DNA from: an uncultured Candidatus Saccharibacteria bacterium
Lineage (GTDB): Bacteria; Patescibacteriota; Saccharimonadia; Saccharimonadales; SZUA-47
DNA length: 35,567 nucleotides
Reading direction: 5' to 3'
NCBI GenBank assembly: GCA_964451085.1
Contig: CAYVHE010000002.1
Span: forward strand, 1-35,567
The position numbers were made by a program, and so were the translations under genes. Under the pieces are notes generated by a model. The model worked only from the letters and a program-made list of their open reading frames with translations. It was not told the DNA's origin and did no database searches. This document shows, piece by piece, positions 1 to 7,871 of this stretch (the stretch's first letter is position 1; each line of letters starts with the position of its first letter).

Positions 1-2
1 CT

Positions 3-2405
3 CCAAAGTATTACGGAATAGTTATTGCAGAGGTTGTTAGCTGCGAAAAACACCCAAATGCCGACAAATTAAGCGTTTGTATGGTAAACGACGGCGGTGT
101 GGTTGAGAATGTTGAAAGAGATAGTAAAGGGTTAGTACAGGTAGTTTGTGGAGCTAATAATGTCAGAGCCGGTCTTCTGGTTGCTTGGATTCCGCCTGGT
201 GCAACAGTGCCTAGCACTTTTTCAGATAAACACGAGCCTGTGGTAATGGAATCTCGAGAGTTGCGCGGACAAATCAGTAATGGAATGATAGCAAGCCCTA
301 AAGAGCTAGATATAAGCGATGAACACGAGGGAATTTTAGAGATATCAGAAGGCGAGTTAGCTCATCAGCCTAAACCAGGTGAAGCTTTACGGGATTTCTT
401 TGGTTTAGATGATTTAGTTATTGATTGTGAAAATAAGATGTTTACGCATCGCCCGGATTGTTTTGGAAATTTGGGTATCGCCCGTGAACTTGCCGGAATT
501 TTTGGACTGAAATTTATAAGTCCGGATTGGTATTCGAAAATACCTCAAATTGAATCCAAGAACGATATTGTTCTAGATATAGAAAACAAAATACCAAAAT
601 CGGTCCCAAGATTTACGGTTGTAGCGATGGGCGGAATTACAAATTCACCAAGTCCTATATGGCTTCAATCAACACTAAAGCGGGTTGGGATTAAACCCAT
701 AAGTAAGGTTGTAGACGTAACTAATTATGTGATGCACTTAACGGGTCAACCATTACACGCTTTTGATTACGATAAACTGGTTAAGCATTCGGACAAGCCA
801 GGTATACATGCCCGTATGGCAGATGAGGGAGAAAATATTACTTTGCTTGGTGGCAAGAAGGTGGCTCTAACAAAAGACGACATAGTAATAGCAACCGACA
901 AACAAGCAGTAGCCATTGCAGGAGTTATGGGTGGTGCCGAGACAGAAGTTGATGCTAACACTAAGAGTATTGTTATAGAATGTGCCAATTTTGATATGTA
1001 TTCTATTAGGCGAAGTAGTATGCGCCATGGATTATTTACTGATGCTGTTACAAGGTTTAATAAAGGTCAGAGCCCTCTGCAAAACGACCGAGTAATTGCA
1101 TACGCTATGAAGTTATTGGGTGAGCAGGCAGGCGCCGAGCAAGCTAGTGACGTGTATGATTTAGTTAATTTTGATATAAATAAGGATAATTTGGATCATC
1201 TGTCTGTGAGCATTGATTTTATTAACACAAAACTAGGAGTAGTTTTGACCGCTAGTGAGATACAAAAACTGCTGGAGAATGTAGAATTTAGTGTAGATAT
1301 TGACGAGAATAATCTTCTTATAACTGTTCCTTTTTGGAGGATGGATATTGCTATTCCTGACGACATAGTAGAAGAAGTAGGTCGTTTGTATGGATACAGT
1401 AATCTTCCTGTAAAACTTCCGATGAGGAGTTCAAAACCAACAGCGGTAAATAATACAAGAGTGTTTAAGCAAAACTTAAGAGACAAGCTTGTAAGTTCAG
1501 GAGCTAACGAGATATTAACCTATAGTTTTATTCACGGAAATCTTTTAGAAAAGGCAGGAATTAATGCAGAGTCTAGCGCTTATCATTTGCGAAATGCGCT
1601 AAGCCCTGATTTGCAGTATTACCGCACAAATTTAACGCCTAGTTTGCTGTCCAAGGTACATAATAATATTAAGAATGGGGCTGGCAGGACTGATAACGAG
1701 TTTGCTTTGTTTGAAATTGGAAAATCTCACATCAAAGGAATTATGGAAGAAAATGACCAGAACTTACCTAAACAGTTTAGACGGCTATCATTGGTTATTG
1801 CTGCAGACAACAAAACAGCTAAAAAATATCAGGGATCTCCGTATTATCAGGCTAAAAAATACCTAGATCTAGTTACTGATAACCAGGCGGTCTATACTCC
1901 TTTAGGCAAAAACGATAGCGTTGGTAGCGATATATATCAAGGTGGTCGTAGCGCTGTTGTTAGCGTTGGAGATACTGAGATAGGTAATATTGGCGAATTC
2001 AATTTTTCTGTTAAGAAATCACTAAAACTACCTGATTTCTCAGCAGGCTTTGAGATAGATACAGACTTACTTCAACAAAACTTAGTAACCAAAAAGTATA
2101 AAGCTCAATCAAAATTTCCTGGAACTCAACAGGATATGACGTTGGAAGTTGACCTAAAACTAATGTGGTCGGATATATATAATCTGTTACACGCTGAGCT
2201 GCAGGTTTATGGAGCAGAAGATGGCTACGACTTTAATATTGAACCATTGGATATCTTTAAACCGGAAGACTCCGATAAAAAACGCTTTACATACCGTGTG
2301 CACATATCTAATCACTTAAAAACCCTGAAAACTGAAGAAGTTAATATAATTATAAAACACCTTGCAGGGGCTGCGAATGAAAAATTTACGGCTAAACTTA
2401 TTTAG
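3..2405 (+). CDS. pheT: Phenylalanine--tRNA ligase beta subunit (5'-truncated by window edge)
   Basis: Frame 3 is open from nt 3. Residues before the listed Met read PKYYGIVIAEVVSCEKHPNADKLSVC, the tRNA-binding OB domain with the KHPNADKL motif. B3/4, B5 and C-terminal FDX-ACB-like regions follow, and the length fits bacterial PheT. Confidence 0.93.
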   Translation, partial: PKYYGIVIAEVVSCEKHPNADKLSVCMVNDGGVVENVERDSKGLVQVVCGANNVRAGLLVAWIPPGATVPSTFSDKHEPVVMESRELRGQISNGMIASPKELDISDEHEGILEISEGELAHQPKPGEALRDFFGLDDLVIDCENKMFTHRPDCFGNLGIARELAGIFGLKFISPDWYSKIPQIESKNDIVLDIENKIPKSVPRFTVVAMGGITNSPSPIWLQSTLKRVGIKPISKVVDVTNYVMHLTGQPLHAFDYDKLVKHSDKPGIHARMADEGENITLLGGKKVALTKDDIVIATDKQAVAIAGVMGGAETEVDANTKSIVIECANFDMYSIRRSSMRHGLFTDAVTRFNKGQSPLQNDRVIAYAMKLLGEQAGAEQASDVYDLVNFDINKDNLDHLSVSIDFINTKLGVVLTASEIQKLLENVEFSVDIDENNLLITVPFWRMDIAIPDDIVEEVGRLYGYSNLPVKLPMRSSKPTAVNNTRVFKQNLRDKLVSSGANEILTYSFIHGNLLEKAGINAESSAYHLRNALSPDLQYYRTNLTPSLLSKVHNNIKNGAGRTDNEFALFEIGKSHIKGIMEENDQNLPKQFRRLSLVIAADNKTAKKYQGSPYYQAKKYLDLVTDNQAVYTPLGKNDSVGSDIYQGGRSAVVSVGDTEIGNIGEFNFSVKKSLKLPDFSAGFEIDTDLLQQNLVTKKYKAQSKFPGTQQDMTLEVDLKLMWSDIYNLLHAELQVYGAEDGYDFNIEPLDIFKPEDSDKKRFTYRVHISNHLKTLKTEEVNIIIKHLAGAANEKFTAKLI

Positions 2406-4128
2406 TCTAGTATTGGTTGTAGTTTTTGCTAGTCTGTTAAGCCTAAATAGAGCTAGTGCCCAAGGGGTTAATGACTTTGTTATTACGTCTTTTTCTGGTA
2501 ACTATGAACTATCAAATCAAGACCGACAGGGATTGATGAAGATAACTGAATCAATAGATGTAGACTTTTCAGGAAATAACCACGGAATTGAACGCTCCAT
2601 ACCAGAGACCTATAAGAAAAATAGTCTGGATATAAATATCCTAAGTGTTAAGCGTGACGGCAGTTCCGAACAATACACTACTAGTAAACAATCGGGTAAC
2701 CTAGTTTTAAGAATCGGTGACCCAGGTAAGACGATTACTAGAATTCATAAGTATGAAATCTCTTATTCTGTTGCAAACGTGATTTCTTTTTACGACAACT
2801 ACGATGAATTGTTTTGGGATATAAATGGCGATCAATGGTTTCAGACTTTTAACAAAGTAACTGCAGATGTTGCTACCGATGCTCCACAATACTTCAATCT
2901 AGAACCAGTTTGCTATACAGGTTCTTTTGGTGGAAGTAGTAGTTCTGATTGTTCTATATCCCAAGGCAGTAAAGGTATTACTTCTGAGACCAATACTAAT
3001 CTGGAAGCTAATAATACTCTTACTATTGTGATGGCTTTTGATAAAGGGTACTTTACGCGACCAACTTTTTGGGAACAAAATCCACACCTTCCAATAGTTG
3101 GTGCTATGGTTGCCTTTCAATTGCTATTTTTGATTGATGCAGACAGAAGATGGAGGAAAAGCGGCAAAGACAATAAAAGCAGTGTGGTGGCTCCGAGCTT
3201 CGGTAGACCAAAAAACCTTAGCGTGATGCAAGCTTACTACGTAAACAATAATGGACTACAAACTAAATATATAACTGCCAGCCTAGTAGATTTAGCTATT
3301 AGAGGCTATCTAAAATTTGTCGAGTCTAAAACCGGTAAAACCGTCAAACACACTCTGGTTTTATTAAAAATGCCAGACATCAATATGTCAGAAGATGAAA
3401 AACTTCTACTCAACGAATTTTTTGGCGCTTCATTAGCGGTAAAGTCTGAAGTGTCAATCGAGTCGCTAAAATACAAGATGGAAAAGACGGTAGGGAAACT
3501 TAAAAAGCTAATAGACCGTGAAATGCTAGAAAAAGGCTATTACGAGACATCACCACAAAGTAATATTACCTTTATACTCAAACAAGGCGTTCTAGGCTTG
3601 GTACCTGTTACAATTGGTTACTTTGGTAAAGACTATTATCGTGGTCTAACTTCCATATTGGGTATATTAATAGCGGGGGCCATGATTATATATGCATATT
3701 TAATGGTTAAATGGACCGCTAAAGGGGTGGATCTTGCAGAAGAGGTTGATGGCCTTCATTTGTACCTAAAAACCGCCGAGACTGAACGTCTGGCTGCTTC
3801 TCAGTCCGTTAACGCTCCCCTGGCGACGGGTTCAAGCCAACCAGTGCATGATGTTAAGTTTTTTGAGAAGTTGTTGCCCTATGCTGTGGCCGGAGGAGTT
3901 GAGAAGACCTGGGCAAAAGCATTTACTGGTATATACCAACAGCCACCAGATTGGTACGACGGCCGTTGGAGAGCATTTTCTACTCTTGCTTTAATGAACA
4001 GTATTGGTACGACATCTACTGCAACTTCTAATGCTTTTACTTCACCATCTAGCTCCGGTGGGTCCGGGTTTTCCGGAGGCGGAGGAGGAGGTGGCGGTGG
4101 TGGCGGAGGCGGTGGCGGAGGCTGGTAA
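2377..4128 (+). CDS. DUF2207-family membrane protein with C-terminal poly-Gly tail
   Basis: ATG at 2377 sits 7 nt after AGGGG. There is a signal/anchor peptide (MKNLRLNLFSLVLVVVFASLLSLNRASAQG). The N-terminal domain carries the family-typical pattern (ITESIDVDFSGNNHGIERSIP), with internal TM helices and the family-typical tail SGGSGFSGGGGGGGGGGGGGGGGW. It overlaps the pheT end by 29 nt. Confidence 0.8.
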   Translation: MKNLRLNLFSLVLVVVFASLLSLNRASAQGVNDFVITSFSGNYELSNQDRQGLMKITESIDVDFSGNNHGIERSIPETYKKNSLDINILSVKRDGSSEQYTTSKQSGNLVLRIGDPGKTITRIHKYEISYSVANVISFYDNYDELFWDINGDQWFQTFNKVTADVATDAPQYFNLEPVCYTGSFGGSSSSDCSISQGSKGITSETNTNLEANNTLTIVMAFDKGYFTRPTFWEQNPHLPIVGAMVAFQLLFLIDADRRWRKSGKDNKSSVVAPSFGRPKNLSVMQAYYVNNNGLQTKYITASLVDLAIRGYLKFVESKTGKTVKHTLVLLKMPDINMSEDEKLLLNEFFGASLAVKSEVSIESLKYKMEKTVGKLKKLIDREMLEKGYYETSPQSNITFILKQGVLGLVPVTIGYFGKDYYRGLTSILGILIAGAMIIYAYLMVKWTAKGVDLAEEVDGLHLYLKTAETERLAASQSVNAPLATGSSQPVHDVKFFEKLLPYAVAGGVEKTWAKAFTGIYQQPPDWYDGRWRAFSTLALMNSIGTTSTATSNAFTSPSSSGGSGFSGGGGGGGGGGGGGGGGW

Positions 4129-4132
4129 GGTA

Positions 4133-4200
4133 ACGAGACAAGGGCGTTCCCATTTCTCGTCGTGCCGTGTTTTGTAGAACAAAACTCGGACTGCTCTTTT
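4133..4200 (+). terminator. Two tandem hairpins after the DUF2207 gene (candidate terminator)
   Basis: Hairpin 1 is ACGAGA 4133-4138 / TCTCGT 4155-4160, with an inner GGG/CCC. Hairpin 2 is CCGTGTTTTG 4165-4174 / CAAAACTCGG 4180-4189 (9 of 10 bp, 5-nt loop), followed by the T-rich ACTGCTCTTTTCCC. There is no clean U-run. Confidence 0.4.
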
Positions 4201-4343
4201 CCCACAAAACTGAATTTACTTACCGCGGAATAAATCCGACGGACATAAATAACTAAAAAGAACTGGCTACAAGTTTATCTTGGATGCGATTCGCATGAAA
4301 ATGCTGAATTAAGCTTGAAATACACACTAAGCGGCAGATGGTG

Positions 4344-4352
4344 TGTTATATT
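4344..4352 (+). promoter_or_regulatory. Extended -10 promoter (TGtTATATT) for the metK leader
   Basis: TG at 4344-4345, one nt, then TATATT at 4347-4352. This places a start site about 15-20 nt upstream of riboswitch helix P1. Confidence 0.4.
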
Positions 4353-4372
4353 AATAGCATTAACAATTAAAC

Positions 4373-4471
4373 AATATAAAGAGAGCGGTTAGAAATCTAG
4401 TTCGGAGCCGCCAGCAACCTTCGTAATAGTTGGTGCTAAGTCTAGCTTGTCTATTTGGCAAGGAAGATATT
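4373..4471 (+). promoter_or_regulatory. SAM-I (S-box) class riboswitch aptamer
   Basis: A four-helix junction can be drawn by hand:
- P1: 4373-4377 / 4467-4471
- J1/2: AAAGAG
- P2: 4385-4389 / 4407-4411 plus 4392-4394 / 4401-4403
- P3: AGCAACC 4413-4419 / GGUGCU 4432-4437 with a bulged A
- P4: 4446-4451 / 4457-4462
- Pseudoknot: CUAG 4397-4400 with CUAG 4442-4445
The conserved strings GCAACC, GGUGCUAA and AAGAU sit in the expected places, directly upstream of metK. Confidence 0.7.
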
Positions 4472-4492
4472 TTTTGATATATAAAAAGAATG

Positions 4493-4530
4493 CTCCTTCT
4501 CGCCAGTATGGCAAAGAAAAGGAGTTTTTT
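4493..4530 (+). terminator. Riboswitch expression platform: SD-sequestering hairpin with U6 tract
   Basis: CUCCUUCUC 4493-4501 pairs with GAAAAGGAG 4516-4524 (one C.A mismatch). The 3' arm contains the metK Shine-Dalgarno AAGGAG. UUUUUU 4525-4530 follows, then AUG at 4532. Confidence 0.55.
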
Positions 4531-4531
4531 A

Positions 4532-5635
4532 ATGTCATATAAACTTTTCACAAGTGAATCGGTAGCTGCGGGGCATCCGGATAAGATAGCCGATGCAATC
4601 AGCGATGCAATCTTGGATGCGATATTAGAGCAAGACCCTAATGCCAGGACTGGTTTGGAAACTATTGTTGGGGCTAACAAAGTGGGGCTGTTTGGTGAAA
4701 TTAAGACTGATGCAAAGATCAATTTTGAAGAAGTTACACGGGAAACTATCAGATGGCTTGGTTACACGAATCCGGACTGGAACTTTTCTGATAAATCACC
4801 AATTGATAATAATATCCATCAACAGTCACCTGAAATTGCGATGGGTGTAGACAATGAAGGCGCTGGCGATCAGGGGATGATGTTTGGCTACGCCTGTAAC
4901 GATACTCCGGAGTTAATGCCACTACCAATAACTCTCGCACACGCTTTAACTAGAGCTTTGGATGAAGCTAGGGAATCAGGTGCTATAAAGTTTATCCGTC
5001 CGGACGGTAAAAGCCAGGTTACTGTAAAATATGAAAATGACAAGCCAATAGCCGTAGAAAAAGTTGTAATGGCTCTAGCCCACGATGAGAAAGTAAAAGC
5101 TGACGAAGTTAGAAGTGTTATTAAGAAACAAATAATTGACCCAGTTTTGAAAGAATACGGATATAGCGTCGGCGACAATCAAGTGGTAGTAAACGGAACA
5201 GGTTTGTGGTTTATCCCTGGGCCCGATACCGATGCTGGTCTGACTGGGCGCAAGATAGTAGTTGACGGTTATGGTGGGTATGCCAGAGTCGGGGGTGGGG
5301 CTTTTAGCGGTAAAGACCCAAGTAAAGTTGACCGTTCTGGAGCTTATGCCGCTAGGTATATCGCAAAGAATGTTGTTGCTGCGGGGCTGGCGGAGCGCTG
5401 TGAAGTAGCACTGGCCTACGTGATTGGTAAAGCAGAACCGATGATGCAAACGTTTGATACTTTTGGTACAGAGAAAAAGGACCTTACTGAAATTCATGAA
5501 TTTGTAGACAAATTGTTGGATACTTCTATGAAGGGGATTGTAGAAGGATTGAATCTTAAGAGACCAATATACTCTCAAACCACGTCTTATGGACATTTTG
5601 GAAAGCCTAACTTGCCTTGGGAAAAAACAGTTTAG
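4532..5635 (+). CDS. metK: S-adenosylmethionine synthetase
   Basis: Motifs GHPDKIADAISDAILDA, GAGDQGMMFGYA and GGGAFSGKDPSKVDRSGAY. The ATG at 4532 has AAGGAG 7 nt upstream. The ORF-track start at 4490 would run through the riboswitch platform. Confidence 0.95.
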   Translation: MSYKLFTSESVAAGHPDKIADAISDAILDAILEQDPNARTGLETIVGANKVGLFGEIKTDAKINFEEVTRETIRWLGYTNPDWNFSDKSPIDNNIHQQSPEIAMGVDNEGAGDQGMMFGYACNDTPELMPLPITLAHALTRALDEARESGAIKFIRPDGKSQVTVKYENDKPIAVEKVVMALAHDEKVKADEVRSVIKKQIIDPVLKEYGYSVGDNQVVVNGTGLWFIPGPDTDAGLTGRKIVVDGYGGYARVGGGAFSGKDPSKVDRSGAYAARYIAKNVVAAGLAERCEVALAYVIGKAEPMMQTFDTFGTEKKDLTEIHEFVDKLLDTSMKGIVEGLNLKRPIYSQTTSYGHFGKPNLPWEKTV

Positions 5636-5775
5636 CCTGCAGCGTAGATGAAGTATCAGAATAGGGCGTTAGTTATCTGGAGCCTCTGTTAAATTGATTA
5701 TAGTTGAACAGTAAAGACCACAAACAACTCATATCTTAGTTAAAAAGGCAGGAGATTATATCTTGTTGATTATTG

Positions 5776-5814
5776 TCGAACTCCGAGTTAACTCCGATTT
5801 AACTCGGAGTTCGA
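5776..5814. repeat. Perfect 16-bp inverted repeat (hairpin, 7-nt loop), function unknown
   Basis: TCGAACTCCGAGTTAA 5776-5791, loop CTCCGAT, TTAACTCGGAGTTCGA 5799-5814. There is no flanking U-run on either strand. Confidence 0.9.
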
Positions 5815-6010
5815 GTGGCAGTACCTTGCAACTTTTAAATTTAGCGTAGCGTAAGTAAGGCTACGAAGTTATAAAAAATGATTTAGTGCGAACTTAAATA
5901 CTACATATATCACCAGCGTAATGTGAATAAAATCACAGACAAAAGTATACATAAGAGGTATATTGTAGATACGGATGTTTGAGGTGGAACAAACTTGGAT
6001 ATCCAGCATT

Positions 6011-6040
6011 ATCGGGCAGATGAGCCCGATTTTGAATTTT
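6011..6040 (+). terminator. Rho-independent terminator without an annotated upstream gene
   Basis: ATCGGGC 6011-6017, loop AGATGA, GCCCGAT 6024-6030, then TTTTGAATTTT. The opposite strand has no U-run, so it is + oriented. It lies 375 nt after the metK stop. Confidence 0.65.
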
Positions 6041-6069
6041 ATGACTATCAGGAGTTCACACCTCTGCTG

Positions 6070-6075
6070 TATAAT
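6070..6075 (+). promoter_or_regulatory. -10 box TATAAT, 12 nt upstream of the ABC exporter ATG
   Basis: TATAAT 6070-6075. There is no Shine-Dalgarno between it and the ATG at 6088. An in-frame TAA at 6082-6084 prevents an upstream start. Confidence 0.45.
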
Positions 6076-6087
6076 ACTTTTTAAGAT

Positions 6088-7857
6088 ATGAAAGACATTT
6101 GGAGAATATTAAAGACTGGTAGCAGCCTATGGCGAAGCTATTTATTGGTTGGTGCCACGACTATCATTGTTTCACTATCTACCGTGATTATGCCCTTGTT
6201 GTCTGGCTGGGCTATTGATGAGATTCAGAAAGGTTCTGAGGCCAGCGTCAGCTATGCTGTACTACTGGCATTTATTATTTTTGCATTAGATTTTGCCCAG
6301 AATGTGTTTAGTAACTGGGGAGGTTACATTGGTGATCAAATAGCTGTTAAGCTTAACAAACTTTTAAGCGAGCGATATTATGCTCATCTTATGACGTTAC
6401 CTCAGAAATATTTTGATAAGGAGCTTTCTGGCAAGATTATCGCAAGACTGAATCGTTCTATTGTACAAATTAGTAATTTCGTACAGATGGTGACCAATAA
6501 CTTCTTGCAGTTTATATTTAGTACCGTAATTAGTTTAGTGGTGGTTTTTACTATCAGTTGGCCGATAGGTTTGATGTTGCTATCTTTATATCCAATATTT
6601 ATATGGATGACAGTAAGGAGTAGTAGTACTTGGCAAGAGTATCAAACTAAAAAGAACCATAATTTTGATGTCGCTAATGGACGTTTTGCTGAAGCCATAA
6701 CTCAGGTTAAAGTTGTTAAAAGTTATGGTCAGGAGAAACGAGAACTAGGTTTTTTTAATAATCATTTTTCAAATGTTTTAAAGTTAAATAAACCTCAGTC
6801 CAAATTTTGGCACCAACAAGATTTTAAACGCCGCATAGTTTTAAATATAATCTTTTTTGCTGTCTATAGCTTCATTTTTATAAGAGGGGTTCAAGGAGCG
6901 TTTACCCCGGGTCAAGCAGTAGCCCTTATTTTATATGCGATGAATATCAGAATTCCAATCTTTACTATTAGCTTTTTAGTAGAGAGTACTCAGCGGACGA
7001 TTAGCGATAGTAAAGATTATTTTGCAGTGATGGATGAAAAACCAGAAGTCGACTCAGCAAGTAAAAGTTTAGATATTAAAAATGGGCATATTGTTTTTGA
7101 GGATGTGTCGTTTTGTTATGAAGAGGGCAGAGACGTGATCAAGGGAGTTTCTTTTGATATTAAAGCCGGTAAAAAAGTCGCTTTAGTAGGTGAAAGTGGC
7201 GAAGGCAAGACTACTCTTACTAACCTCTTACTGAGACTTTACGACCCACAAGAAGGAGCAATATTTATAGATGGTCAAAAAATTATTGATACAACTAGAA
7301 GTTCTCTACGCAGTCAGATATCTGTTGTGTTTCAAGAACCAAACCTATTTAGTGGCACGATTAAAGAGAACATATCCTATGGAAATCCGGATGTAAGTGA
7401 CGCAAAGGTTATTAAATCTGCGAAGGCAGCAAATGCCCATGAGTTTATAAAGGATCTTTCAGATGGATATGATACGCAAATAGGTGAAAAAGGTCTAAAA
7501 TTGTCCGGTGGCCAGAAACAGCGTATAGCAATAGCCAGGGCAATATTAAAAGGTTCTCCAGTACTTGTCTTAGATGAAGCAACTAGTAGCCTTGATAGTA
7601 AAAGTGAGTTGTTAGTTCAGGAGGCTCTAAGACATCTTATGAAAAACCGCACGACAATCATTATTGCTCACCGTCTAAGCACGATTCAGGATGTAGATAT
7701 GATTGTGTCGATGAAAGGTGGGCGAGTCATCGAGACCGGAACGCCTGAAGAATTGGCGAAGACTAAAGGAATTTATGCTCAGCTGCTCAAAGTTCAGACC
7801 GCACGATCAGCAGAAGAACGCCAAGAAGCACTAGCCAAATTTGGCATAGTAGGATAA
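6088..7857 (+). CDS. ABC exporter, fused permease/ATPase (ABCB/MsbA-like half transporter)
   Basis: The N-terminal half has 6 TM helices. Walker A is GESGEGKTT, the signature is LSGGQKQRIAIARA, Walker B is VLVLDEATSSLD, and there is an H-loop IIAHRLS. Confidence 0.9.
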   Translation: MKDIWRILKTGSSLWRSYLLVGATTIIVSLSTVIMPLLSGWAIDEIQKGSEASVSYAVLLAFIIFALDFAQNVFSNWGGYIGDQIAVKLNKLLSERYYAHLMTLPQKYFDKELSGKIIARLNRSIVQISNFVQMVTNNFLQFIFSTVISLVVVFTISWPIGLMLLSLYPIFIWMTVRSSSTWQEYQTKKNHNFDVANGRFAEAITQVKVVKSYGQEKRELGFFNNHFSNVLKLNKPQSKFWHQQDFKRRIVLNIIFFAVYSFIFIRGVQGAFTPGQAVALILYAMNIRIPIFTISFLVESTQRTISDSKDYFAVMDEKPEVDSASKSLDIKNGHIVFEDVSFCYEEGRDVIKGVSFDIKAGKKVALVGESGEGKTTLTNLLLRLYDPQEGAIFIDGQKIIDTTRSSLRSQISVVFQEPNLFSGTIKENISYGNPDVSDAKVIKSAKAANAHEFIKDLSDGYDTQIGEKGLKLSGGQKQRIAIARAILKGSPVLVLDEATSSLDSKSELLVQEALRHLMKNRTTIIIAHRLSTIQDVDMIVSMKGGRVIETGTPEELAKTKGIYAQLLKVQTARSAEERQEALAKFGIVG

Positions 7858-7871
7858 ATCCGGAAACACTA

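Noticed and set aside
4075-4125. GGN triplet repeat as a possible microsatellite or contingency locus
   Set aside because: The repeat is imperfect (mixed GGA/GGC/GGT/GGG). It encodes the Gly tail characteristic of the DUF2207 family. There is no evidence for phase variation from a single sequence.
3879-4205. 108-aa minus-strand ORF with a long poly-Pro run
   Set aside because: It is the antisense reading of the GGN repeat that encodes the DUF2207 poly-Gly tail. It has no start context, so it is a shadow ORF.
4490-4531. Longer metK start (MLLLASMAKKRSFL...) given by the ORF track
   Set aside because: The extension has no homology to MetK N-termini and runs through the riboswitch SD-sequestering hairpin. 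The ATG at 4532 has a proper AAGGAG and gives the canonical MSYKLFTSESV...GHPDK N-terminus.
5075-5596. 173-aa minus-strand ORF inside metK, plus similar antisense ORFs at 4888-5178, 9020-9424, 15656-16027 and 19734-20123
   Set aside because: All lie fully inside strongly supported conserved genes on the other strand. They have odd, Cys/Phe/Ser-rich low-complexity composition and no RBS or promoter. These are typical shadow ORFs.
5799-5822. tRNA-like T-arm string GGAGTTCGAGT
   Set aside because: There is no complementary CTCC after the loop, and no acceptor, D or anticodon arms. The string is simply the 3' arm of the 16-bp inverted repeat.
6011-6034. GGCAGATGA in the hairpin loop resembles part of E. 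coli 4.5S (SRP) RNA
   Set aside because: Only a 9-nt coincidence. The conserved SRP domain IV motifs (GGAA / AGCA loops, long helix 8) are absent from the surrounding sequence.
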